The translations under genes and the position numbers were made by a program. This document shows, piece by piece, positions 1 through 6,450 of a stretch of DNA of 27,096 nucleotides; position 1 is the first letter of the stretch; every line of letters begins with the position of its first letter. The notes beneath the pieces were generated by a model. That model was not told where the DNA came from, did no database searches, and saw only the letters and a program-made list of their open reading frames with translations. The stretch is from positions 1 to 27,096 of IMG/VR virus record IMGVR_UViG_3300048574_000507; one strand, given 5' to 3'. The DNA comes from a virus (taxonomy: Duplodnaviria > Caudoviricetes).

Positions 1-219
1 CTATGGGACTGTGGGATCGATGTTGACGCGGTGATCGGGGAGTGTGGAGGCTTCGATCAGGATCGCGGATTTGATGCCGGCTGGGTCGAGGGGTGTGGTC
101 ATGATTCCGCTCCAGAGGGTTTCGAGCTGGCGGGCGGTGGGGGCCAGGATCACGAATTGGATGTCGCCGATCTGGGCGCCAGCCATTTTACCTTTGAAGC
201 CGTGGAAAGTTTTAATCAT
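1..219 (-). CDS. Hypothetical early phage protein (72 aa, MIKTFHGFKG...)
   Basis: ATG at 219 overlaps the TGA of the upstream gene (ATGA coupling) and has a GGAGG Shine-Dalgarno. The longer 546 start in the ORF track is low-complexity shadow sequence. Confidence 0.7.
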   Translation of the reverse strand: MIKTFHGFKGKMAGAQIGDIQFVILAPTARQLETLWSGIMTTPLDPAGIKSAILIEASTLPDHRVNIDPTVP

Positions 220-689
220 GCGAGCCTCCGGGACTTGAGGAATTGCTCGACGCTCGCCCAGGTGATGATGGCGGAGCCGGTCGGGCCGGGTCCCCACTTG
301 GTGCCGGGGACGGGGGTGAGGAGTTTGGCTTTGAGCAAATTGGTGACGTGCGAGCTGGAGCAGTTGAGGACCAGGCGGAGGCGGTCGCCGGTGGTAAAGG
401 GTTTGCCTCCCAGGGCGGCGTGGATGGCGGTCAGGATCTGGGCTTCGGTGGTGGTTTCCAAGCGCGATCCCCACGTGACTTTGTAATGCCCAACGCTCGA
501 CGGCCAGATGCGCACTTCCCGAGAGCCGATGCGGCCGATGTTCCAAGCCCAGAGAACGAAGCCGACTTCAATCAGTTCGAGGATGCTGTCCTCGTTTTCG
601 CCGAGCAGGTGGGTGCGCGCGGTGGAGATTTCCCAGAGGACTTCGGTGGGCTTTTCGTCGGGGAGTGAGAATTGAGGTTGGGCGGGCAT
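216..689 (-). CDS. Putative DNA-binding protein with two tandem excisionase/HTH_17-like winged-HTH units
   Basis: ATG at 689 lies next to the stop of 691..894. Two segments resemble Xis-like HTH: DSILELIEVG...REVRIWPSSV and LNCSSSHVTNLLKAKLL...IITWASVEQFLKSRR. Confidence 0.6.
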   Translation of the reverse strand: MPAQPQFSLPDEKPTEVLWEISTARTHLLGENEDSILELIEVGFVLWAWNIGRIGSREVRIWPSSVGHYKVTWGSRLETTTEAQILTAIHAALGGKPFTTGDRLRLVLNCSSSHVTNLLKAKLLTPVPGTKWGPGPTGSAIITWASVEQFLKSRRLA

Positions 690-690
690 T

Positions 691-894
691 TTAGTTGAGG
701 TCGGGGCGGGGTTGGCTGTTTTCGATGTGGGTGGCCTCGCTGAACCACAGGCCGCCAGTGCCATCGTTGCGCTGGCTGAGCCAGTCGCAAAAATCGTTGG
801 TGTTGATGAAGGGGTTGCGCGGCTGGCCGGTGACTGGGTTGGCTAGGGGCCAGCGAAGGGAGACGGGGGCGGATTGGGTTTGGGTGGGGTTCAT
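691..894 (-). CDS. Hypothetical early protein (67 aa)
   Basis: Coupled to both neighbours (ATGA overlap at 891-894, 1-nt gap to the next start). Confidence 0.6.
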   Translation of the reverse strand: MNPTQTQSAPVSLRWPLANPVTGQPRNPFINTNDFCDWLSQRNDGTGGLWFSEATHIENSQPRPDLN

Positions 895-1085
895 GACATT
901 TCGAGTTTTTTCGATTTGCAGTTGTTACGGCGCTTGCATCCCAACTTGGCGCGCATGCGTTCCCGCTGGTAAACGGCGTGAACCAGGCAGTAATAGGCAG
1001 CGACCTGTTTTTGGCCGCAGATAATGCAAAGGCCAGCGGCCTCCTTCCGAAGCTGCCAGCGGCGTTGTCGGGACGGTTTCTTCAT
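891..1085 (-). CDS. Small basic zinc-finger-like protein (64 aa)
   Basis: C-x2-C-x9-C-x2-H motif (CIICGQKQVAAYYCLVH), Arg/Lys-rich, ATGA overlaps on both sides. Confidence 0.7.
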   Translation of the reverse strand: MKKPSRQRRWQLRKEAAGLCIICGQKQVAAYYCLVHAVYQRERMRAKLGCKRRNNCKSKKLEMS

Positions 1086-1276
1086 GCGGCGGGTTTAAGG
1101 ATCAGCCGACCAGCCTCGAGGTCGGGAAGTATCTGGGTGATCGCCAGGCGCATGATGAGGGCTCGATTGGCACAGAGCATCTGCGCCACCTTGTCGAGGC
1201 GATCACAGGTCTCACCGTGCAAGCGCACAGGAATGGGCCGGGTGGTTGGAGTCGACTTATGTTTCATTCGTTTCAT
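1082..1276 (-). CDS. Ribbon-helix-helix (CopG/Arc-like) regulator, first early gene (Cro/Ner-like position)
   Basis: RPIPVRLHGETCDRLDKVAQMLCANRALIMRLAI has the RHH strand-helix-helix pattern. Confidence 0.8.
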   Translation of the reverse strand: MKRMKHKSTPTTRPIPVRLHGETCDRLDKVAQMLCANRALIMRLAITQILPDLEAGRLILKPAA

Positions 1277-1281
1277 GGGCT

Positions 1282-1350
1282 AACGTATATCCGTGGTATA
1301 CGATCCGTCAACAGAAAAAGTTGATTTTTTTCAGGGGTGTCGTATATCAA
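1282..1350. promoter_or_regulatory. Divergent promoter/operator region of the lysis-lysogeny switch
   Basis: Minus-strand TTGACG (1311-1306), 18 nt, TACGTT (1287-1282). Plus-strand TTGATT at 1321-1326. Inverted repeat CGTATA-N7-TATACG at 1284-1302. Direct repeat CGTATATC at 1284 and 1341. Confidence 0.6.
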
Positions 1351-1355
1351 TAGAA

Positions 1356-1865
1356 ATGGCCCAAACGAAACCAATCCCGGTGCGGCTTCCCGATGACGTG
1401 GTGAAGCGACTGGACAAAGCCGCGACCAAGATAGGACACAAGCGTGCCAGCCTGATGCGCTACCTAATCGAGACGTGGTTGGAAGAATTTGAACGAAAGG
1501 GGAAATTGATGCTGCCTGAAAATTGGGAGCAGATTCTGCAATCGTTCGACAGCCGGAGAACGGACGAAAATGTGCAAGCCCCAATAGGAAAGATGACGCA
1601 GCAAACAGTGAAGTTTGCAGCCCTGGGTGCCCGGGTCCTAGATCTAAGGGACTCCGAGGAAATTGCCGCGACTAATTTAGCAGCGGCCGAGGCGGTGGCA
1701 AAGGCGTCCATCCCCGCGGCGATCTCACGGGCCGTGCGCGAGAAGCCTGCGCGGAAGCCCGAAGCTCGCGAGCCCAAGACTCGTAAATCCCAGCCAGAGC
1801 GAGAAGTTGCTCGGGAGAAAGATGCTGAACAAGTGAGGCAAGCTCGGGGTCCAGAGCAGGGGTGA
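1356..1865 (+). CDS. Ribbon-helix-helix regulator with extended charged C-terminus (putative repressor)
   Basis: MAQTKPIPVRLPDDVVKRLDKAATKIGHKRASLMRYLI is an RHH pattern. Divergent from its paralog. ATG 1356 is preferred over GTG 1293. Confidence 0.8.
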   Translation: MAQTKPIPVRLPDDVVKRLDKAATKIGHKRASLMRYLIETWLEEFERKGKLMLPENWEQILQSFDSRRTDENVQAPIGKMTQQTVKFAALGARVLDLRDSEEIAATNLAAAEAVAKASIPAAISRAVREKPARKPEAREPKTRKSQPEREVAREKDAEQVRQARGPEQG

Positions 1866-2159
1866 AAACTCTTTTCATGATTCAAAAAAACCTAACGTGT
1901 GACTGCCCGGCGTTGCCAATAGGAAAACAAAGGGCGCGGACTCAACGCATCCGGCCAGAGGGCCTGCAACAGCCCAAACTCCGTACACGCCAAGCCGCGC
2001 CAATGGAGGCGCGTTTTGGACGTGGCGAAGTTTAAGAAAGGTTGCAGTTTTCTGGCCGCCATGCCCTACGCAAAATTTGCAAAACCAGCATGGTCCGATG
2101 CCGGGTTCGGGGCAAGAAAATGATTCATGTTTCATGCTGCACCAAGGATCATAAACGAG

Positions 2160-2186
2160 AGGGTAGGACAAAAACCGTCCTACCCT
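2160..2186. promoter_or_regulatory. Perfect 10-bp inverted repeat upstream of the accessory genes
   Basis: AGGGTAGGAC-AAAAACC-GTCCTACCCT. Confidence 0.5.
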
Positions 2187-2203
2187 AAAAATACGGAGTA
2201 CAT

Positions 2204-2830
2204 GTGAATAAGTTAATTCTGGCCACGATGCTGGCACTGGGGATCGTCGCCGCCACGGCTGGCAAGCTGGCCGATGATGCAATGTCGTTTCGGAATCCGG
2301 ATCGACTCATCGGTGGGTCACGGATCAACTTGAGGCCCTTGTTCACCTGGTGGACGAACGCGGTTCAGGTTAATCGGGATTCCCCCAACGCGGAGTTTGG
2401 TCGTCGTGTGCCAAAGGAGGTGGCAATGATGGATGCTATGATGGCGCAGCGGCCGCTGACTTCGTGGTCTCAAGTGATCGGATCGAAGGTGGCCGAGCGA
2501 GCCTCGGGCTGGATCGTTTCCGCGACGGTGTGTAGCTGGCCGGGTAAGGGGCAGAGCATGAAGATTTTTTTGAAGCATCCTCCCATTCCAGAAGAGCGAC
2601 AGGTGCTGGCACTACAACGGGAGAGAAAGGATCTGAGGGATAGGCGGGATCAGATAACGGGTGGCAATGTTCATCGGGCTGAATTACGGCGGGTTCAGAT
2701 TGAAAAGGAGCTGCTGAAGTATCCGACATCGCTGGACGTTGCGTATCGAATTGCTTTTTTTGCGATGAAAACAGGGGAAGTGTTTGAGGGGATGGAGGTT
2801 TTTGAGATGGGGCTGGTTTACGGGCAGTGA
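2204..2830 (+). CDS. Exported hypothetical protein (moron-like)
   Basis: Signal peptide MNKLILATMLALGIVAATA, GGAG upstream, short coiled coil. Confidence 0.75.
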   Translation: MNKLILATMLALGIVAATAGKLADDAMSFRNPDRLIGGSRINLRPLFTWWTNAVQVNRDSPNAEFGRRVPKEVAMMDAMMAQRPLTSWSQVIGSKVAERASGWIVSATVCSWPGKGQSMKIFLKHPPIPEERQVLALQRERKDLRDRRDQITGGNVHRAELRRVQIEKELLKYPTSLDVAYRIAFFAMKTGEVFEGMEVFEMGLVYGQ

Positions 2831-2846
2831 TGGGAGAGGGAAACCT

Positions 2847-3359
2847 ATGGGCAAAAGAGACATTGGGATGTTGGTTGGAGTTATGACAATCGCGGCGGCG
2901 ATTAGTCTGGGAAGTGCACATCCGGGAAGAACGGATGCCAGCGGTGGCCACACGGACAGAAGAACGGGCCAGTATCACTATCACGGTGGGGCGCGAACCA
3001 GCTCTTCACGATCTTCGGATTCTTTCACGCTCCCTGTAACTAAACGAGAGGCCGATGCCGTTCGCCCCGTCGTATCCAGGCCGTTGCCTCCGCCAGTGTC
3101 CAAACCAAAGACAGCGGATGAAATTTCGGCGATGCGCGAGAGGACGATTAAGTTCCGAATGGAACAGGCTACGAATGGGCTGCCCACGGCGCAGTGCGCT
3201 TTGGGGCAAAATTACCTCAATGGGACTGATGGTTTTGATACGAATAAAACCCTGGGAGTTTATTGGCTCACACAATCCGCAGCCCAGGGGAACTTGGAGG
3301 CTGAAGAGCTACTGAAGCGAGCCAAGCTGAAGAGTGAACCTTTGGAAAAATCGGAGTAA
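2847..3359 (+). CDS. Exported YHYH-motif protein with C-terminal Sel1-like repeat
   Basis: Signal peptide followed by HPGRTDASGGHTDRRTGQYHYH. C-terminal AQCALGQNYLNG...GVYWLTQSAAQGNLEA is Sel1-like. SD GGAGAGG before ATG 2847. Confidence 0.8.
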   Translation: MGKRDIGMLVGVMTIAAAISLGSAHPGRTDASGGHTDRRTGQYHYHGGARTSSSRSSDSFTLPVTKREADAVRPVVSRPLPPPVSKPKTADEISAMRERTIKFRMEQATNGLPTAQCALGQNYLNGTDGFDTNKTLGVYWLTQSAAQGNLEAEELLKRAKLKSEPLEKSE

Positions 3360-3401
3360 TCAATTAACGATCAAGGAGTCGGCCAAGGCGAAATGATTAT
3401 C

Positions 3402-3425
3402 ACGCGGAGGCGCGGAGGTGCGGAG
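3402..3425 (+). repeat. Tandem 8-mer (A/G)(C/T)GCGGAG x3
   Basis: ACGCGGAG GCGCGGAG GTGCGGAG; same family as 4733-4756. Confidence 0.7.
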
Positions 3426-3431
3426 AGGGGC

Positions 3432-3459
3432 TTGACAATTTTTTGCGGAGTGGTTTAAT
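3432..3459 (+). promoter_or_regulatory. Sigma70-type promoter, candidate late promoter
   Basis: TTGACA (3432-3437), 16 nt, TTTAAT (3454-3459) preceded by an extended -10 TGn. Confidence 0.65.
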
Positions 3460-3466
3460 CGCGGCA

Positions 3467-3501
3467 GACCTCGCGCCCACAAGGCTCGGGGTCGTTTTTT
3501 T
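3467..3501 (+). terminator. Intrinsic terminator
   Basis: GACCTCG-C-GCC[CACAA]GGC-T-CGGGGTC hairpin followed by G and a 7-T tract (3495-3501). Confidence 0.7.
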
Positions 3502-3542
3502 AGTGGCCGCTCGGTGCGATGCCGGGCGGCGTCTCTTCTGGG

Positions 3543-3608
3543 GACGTTGAAACGTTGAAGGGTTGAGGCGTTGATAGCTGATTGCGAATAGCGGATAGCT
3601 GATGGGCT
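3543..3608 (+). repeat. Degenerate tandem octamers (NNNGTTGA x4) followed by heptamers (ATAGCNG-like x4-5)
   Basis: gacgttga aacgttga agggttga ggcgttga / atagctg attgcga atagcgg atagctg atgggct. Confidence 0.7.
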
Positions 3609-3804
3609 TCGGATGGTCTTCTGATGCGGGTTTTCAAGGGTGGAATGATGGTCGCCTATGCTAGGGAATACTGTTGGCAGGAGGTGTGTCATGATGCGGC
3701 CTGCATGAGAAATCATGGGTGTTAGTTGACGCGAGCAAGGTCCTCCGGGGGTGTGGCGCCTCCGGAGGATCCCGCGACCCAAACATTATCGAGCATTAAA
3801 AATC

Positions 3805-4320
3805 ATGAGCACTGAAAATTCATCTTCGGGAAATCTGGACGGTTTCAAAACGTTTCTGCAGGGCAAGAAGACTTACTTCGTGGCGTTGGTGGCCGGGCTG
3901 TATTTGCTGGGGTGCTGGGCGGGAATTTTTGAATTTGATCAAAAGGTTTTGGCCGGGCTTGGGTTTACGGGGCTGGTCACGCTGAGGGCGAGTCTGAAGG
4001 GCTTGTTGCTGCTAACGCTCTGCGGGGTTGTCCTGGTGGGCTCTGGATGCGCTCGGTTCAAAACGAAACAGGTTGATTCCAGTTATGAAGACAAAGACAA
4101 CGTCCCCCACCGCACGATCACCACGACCGTCACGGCCTCTACGTTCTTCGCGAGCACTTCGGAGCTCTCGAAGTTTAAGGCCAGCCAGACGGATAAGACC
4201 CAGTCGGCCTCCGTCGGATCCCTGAACCAGGTGAGCGACGGGACGAATGCGGTGGCGCTGGTGGACAAGATCACCGGGGCTGTGGTGGGGGCGGCGATCA
4301 AGGCGGCCGCTGGGAAGTGA
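3805..4320 (+). CDS. Holin-like membrane protein with an internal lipobox and soluble C-terminal domain
   Basis: LQGKKTY followed by two hydrophobic helices, then LLLLTLCGVVLVGSGC (lipobox-like) and a Ser/Thr-rich tail. First gene of the late operon. Confidence 0.6.
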   Translation: MSTENSSSGNLDGFKTFLQGKKTYFVALVAGLYLLGCWAGIFEFDQKVLAGLGFTGLVTLRASLKGLLLLTLCGVVLVGSGCARFKTKQVDSSYEDKDNVPHRTITTTVTASTFFASTSELSKFKASQTDKTQSASVGSLNQVSDGTNAVALVDKITGAVVGAAIKAAAGK

Positions 4321-4354
4321 TTGCCCGCAGAACACGCAGAAACTGAACTGTTGT

Positions 4355-4729
4355 ATGGGGACCAATCCTCCGGTGGAAATAGCAGCGTGGCTTGGATGCC
4401 TCACGTTCGTGGTGATGCTGATTAACCATCTGATGAAGGTGGTGGATCGCGTGAGAGGAAAGCCGACGCCGGGCGAGGTGCAATCGGACAGCATCGAGCG
4501 TTTCGTGGCGAAGTCTGAGTTTCGCGATCACGTCCTCCGCAATGACCAGGAGCATGACAATTTCTTCAAGAAGCTGGGCGGAGTCGAACGGGGGCTGACG
4601 AGGGAACTCCAGGAGATGGAGCGGCGACTCAACGCGAGCGATGAGGCGAGGACTTCGAAACTGCATGACCGGCTGAATAATCTGGATAACGCAGTGGCGG
4701 CGGTGAATGAGCGGACCCTTAAAAAATAA
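4355..4729 (+). CDS. N-terminal TM plus coiled-coil protein (Mu gp25/DUF2730-like by architecture and position)
   Basis: IAAWLGCLTFVVMLINHLM helix, heptad-rich C-terminus, located upstream of gp26/27-like genes. Confidence 0.6.
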   Translation: MGTNPPVEIAAWLGCLTFVVMLINHLMKVVDRVRGKPTPGEVQSDSIERFVAKSEFRDHVLRNDQEHDNFFKKLGGVERGLTRELQEMERRLNASDEARTSKLHDRLNNLDNAVAAVNERTLKK

Positions 4730-4732
4730 ATC

Positions 4733-4756
4733 CCGCAGAGACGCGGAGACGCAGAG
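4733..4756 (+). repeat. Intergenic tandem repeat CCGCAGAG ACGCGGAG ACGCAGAG
   Basis: Directly visible, 3 nt after the stop codon at 4729. Confidence 0.8.
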
Positions 4757-4765
4757 AAGAAAATT

Positions 4766-4990
4766 ATGCACTATAAAAACGGACGGGAAGCAAAGCCGGG
4801 GGATAAGGTGGTAAACCTGGCCTGGGGTTTCAGCGGAATATTGCACAGCACAACTGCGAACAGTGAGACGTGCAATGGGCGAATTGCGGCTATCAGCCAA
4901 AACGATCCTTACGTAACGATCAAGGAATGCTTGCACATTGACGATGTGGCAAAGGCGGACGTTCCTGACTCGACTAAGGCTCCTGCCTAA
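4766..4990 (+). CDS. Small hypothetical phage protein (MHYKNGREAKPGDKVV...)
   Basis: Clean ORF that fills the gap, with globular beta-rich composition. Confidence 0.75.
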   Translation: MHYKNGREAKPGDKVVNLAWGFSGILHSTTANSETCNGRIAAISQNDPYVTIKECLHIDDVAKADVPDSTKAPA

Positions 4991-5006
4991 CAATTTAAAC
5001 TGAATA

Positions 5007-5035
5007 GGGGTGCGCCACTGCCAATGGCGTGCCCC
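5007..5035 (+). other. Intergenic 11-bp stem-loop
   Basis: GGGGTGCGCCA-CTGCCAA-TGGCGTGCCCC (two G-U pairs). No clear U tract. Confidence 0.5.
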
Positions 5036-5050
5036 GCGCTATTTACCGGT

Positions 5051-5299
5051 ATGAACCAAAAACTGAAGCGTTTGATTTTATTGGCGCTTTTGCGCTGCGA
5101 TGGGCTTTCGATGCCGGAGGATGCGCTGCTGGGCGCGGTGCAGTTGATGAGCCGTCCGGAGAATCCTACCAGGGCCGACGTGGAGCTGGCTCTGAAGGCA
5201 GTGGAGACATCCGGATATGTGCTCGGGCTGTCGGATGATCTGACGGGGAAATCCTGGTCGCTCACCCAGGAGGGAAACCACAGGGCCGCGAAGCTGTGA
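5051..5299 (+). CDS. Mu gp26-like winged-helix protein
   Basis: RLILLALL...TRADVELALKAVETSGYV...WSLTQEG wHTH pattern. Position before the DUF3486-like gene. Confidence 0.65.
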   Translation: MNQKLKRLILLALLRCDGLSMPEDALLGAVQLMSRPENPTRADVELALKAVETSGYVLGLSDDLTGKSWSLTQEGNHRAAKL

Positions 5300-5772
5300 A
5301 GACGTCTCTTACCAGATCGGACATTTTTACGTTCCTGCGCGAGATGCCGTCGCCGCGGTGGCCGGTGGACGCGATGCGGTGGGACATGCTGCTCGATGAG
5401 TATGAGCTGCCTTCGCGCGCGTGGGTGCAGACGCAGTTGCCTCGGCTCTGGGACGCGGAGGTGCAACGGATGGGGCTGGTGAGCCGCGACGGAGTTTACG
5501 TGTGCGGTCATTGGGCGCGGGAGTTGATGCAGGCCGTGGCGAGGTCGGATGCTGCGAATCCGTTGACCCAATATGGAACGTTGCTGGGGGACTGGCGGTT
5601 TGTGTCGCGGGAAACGCGGGACCGGCATGCGATCAACTGGACCGTCGTGAATGATGGGCTGCCTGCCTTGGGTAAGTGGAAATTGGCGGTGATGTATTTC
5701 GATCCGCAGGCAAAGGCGGTTTACCAACCGAATGAAAATGAAATTCTCTCTAATTATTATGCTGGCGCTTAG
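5296..5772 (+). CDS. Putative papain/transglutaminase-fold cysteine hydrolase
   Basis: Ordered motifs VCGHWA, HAINW and YFDPQ match Cys-His-Asp catalytic spacing. GTGA coupling to the upstream gene. Confidence 0.55.
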   Translation: MKTSLTRSDIFTFLREMPSPRWPVDAMRWDMLLDEYELPSRAWVQTQLPRLWDAEVQRMGLVSRDGVYVCGHWARELMQAVARSDAANPLTQYGTLLGDWRFVSRETRDRHAINWTVVNDGLPALGKWKLAVMYFDPQAKAVYQPNENEILSNYYAGA

Positions 5773-5860
5773 TGCGCTGCTGGTCGGCTGCGCATCGACT
5801 GCGACCGCGCCGGCTGAGCGGACGTACGAGTTCCAGAAGTGGAACATTGAGAAGTCCTGA
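5738..5860 (+). CDS. 40-aa lipoprotein (not in ORF track): MKFSLIIMLALSALLVGCASTATAPAERTYEFQKWNIEKS
   Basis: Canonical type II signal with LVGC lipobox. Overlaps the previous gene by 35 nt. Alternative in-frame ATG at 5732. Confidence 0.7.
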   Translation: MKFSLIIMLALSALLVGCASTATAPAERTYEFQKWNIEKS

Positions 5861-5883
5861 GAGGCCCGCAGATTGACGCAGAA

Positions 5884-6450
5884 ATGAAACAGAAGGCATC
5901 CAAACTCGACGCTTACGCGGAGCGACTGCAGGACTGGTTTATTGCAGGGCAAACGCTCGCGCAGGCCCAGGAGCAGCTGCGGTTGGATGGATGCGACGTT
6001 TCGTTGAGCCGGCTGAGTGATTGGTGGCAGGCGCGGCAGTCGGCTCGGCAAGAGGAGTTGCTGCTGTCACAAATCGCAAGTGGCGCGCGGCAGTGTCATG
6101 AGGTGAGGGCGGCGCTGAGTAAGAGCCCCTCGCCGGAAGTGGAGACGTTGATCGCGCTGCATCGCACGCTGGTGCTCAAGCTCTCGACGCAAGCGAACCT
6201 GGATCCGGCGATGTTCAAGGTGGTGGGCAGTCTGATGGATCGCGTGCTGGAGTGGGAAAAGGAACGGGGCAAAAAGGAGGATCGCAGTTTGGCGCGGGCG
6301 AAGTTTGAGTTCGACGCGGCCAAGGCCTGCCTCAAGAAGCTGCCGGAATTGAAGGTGATTTCAACGGACCGCTCGCTAACGGATGATCAACGGGTTGAAC
6401 AGATCCGGATGAAGCTGTTCGGCGAGTTGCCAGGGGAGGTCGCGGCTTGA
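5884..6450 (+). CDS. Mu gp27/DUF3486-like protein (putative small terminase)
   Basis: SKLD...HTH-like N-terminus (VSLSRLSDWW), helical body, LTDDQRVEQIRMKLFG C-terminus. Coupled to terminase. Confidence 0.75.
   Translation: MKQKASKLDAYAERLQDWFIAGQTLAQAQEQLRLDGCDVSLSRLSDWWQARQSARQEELLLSQIASGARQCHEVRAALSKSPSPEVETLIALHRTLVLKLSTQANLDPAMFKVVGSLMDRVLEWEKERGKKEDRSLARAKFEFDAAKACLKKLPELKVISTDRSLTDDQRVEQIRMKLFGELPGEVAA

Noticed and set aside
3360-3804. tRNA or protein-coding gene in the late leader (140-aa minus ORF)
   Set aside because: No cloverleaf or T-loop consensus was found, and the ORF translates repeats and hairpins into non-protein-like sequence.
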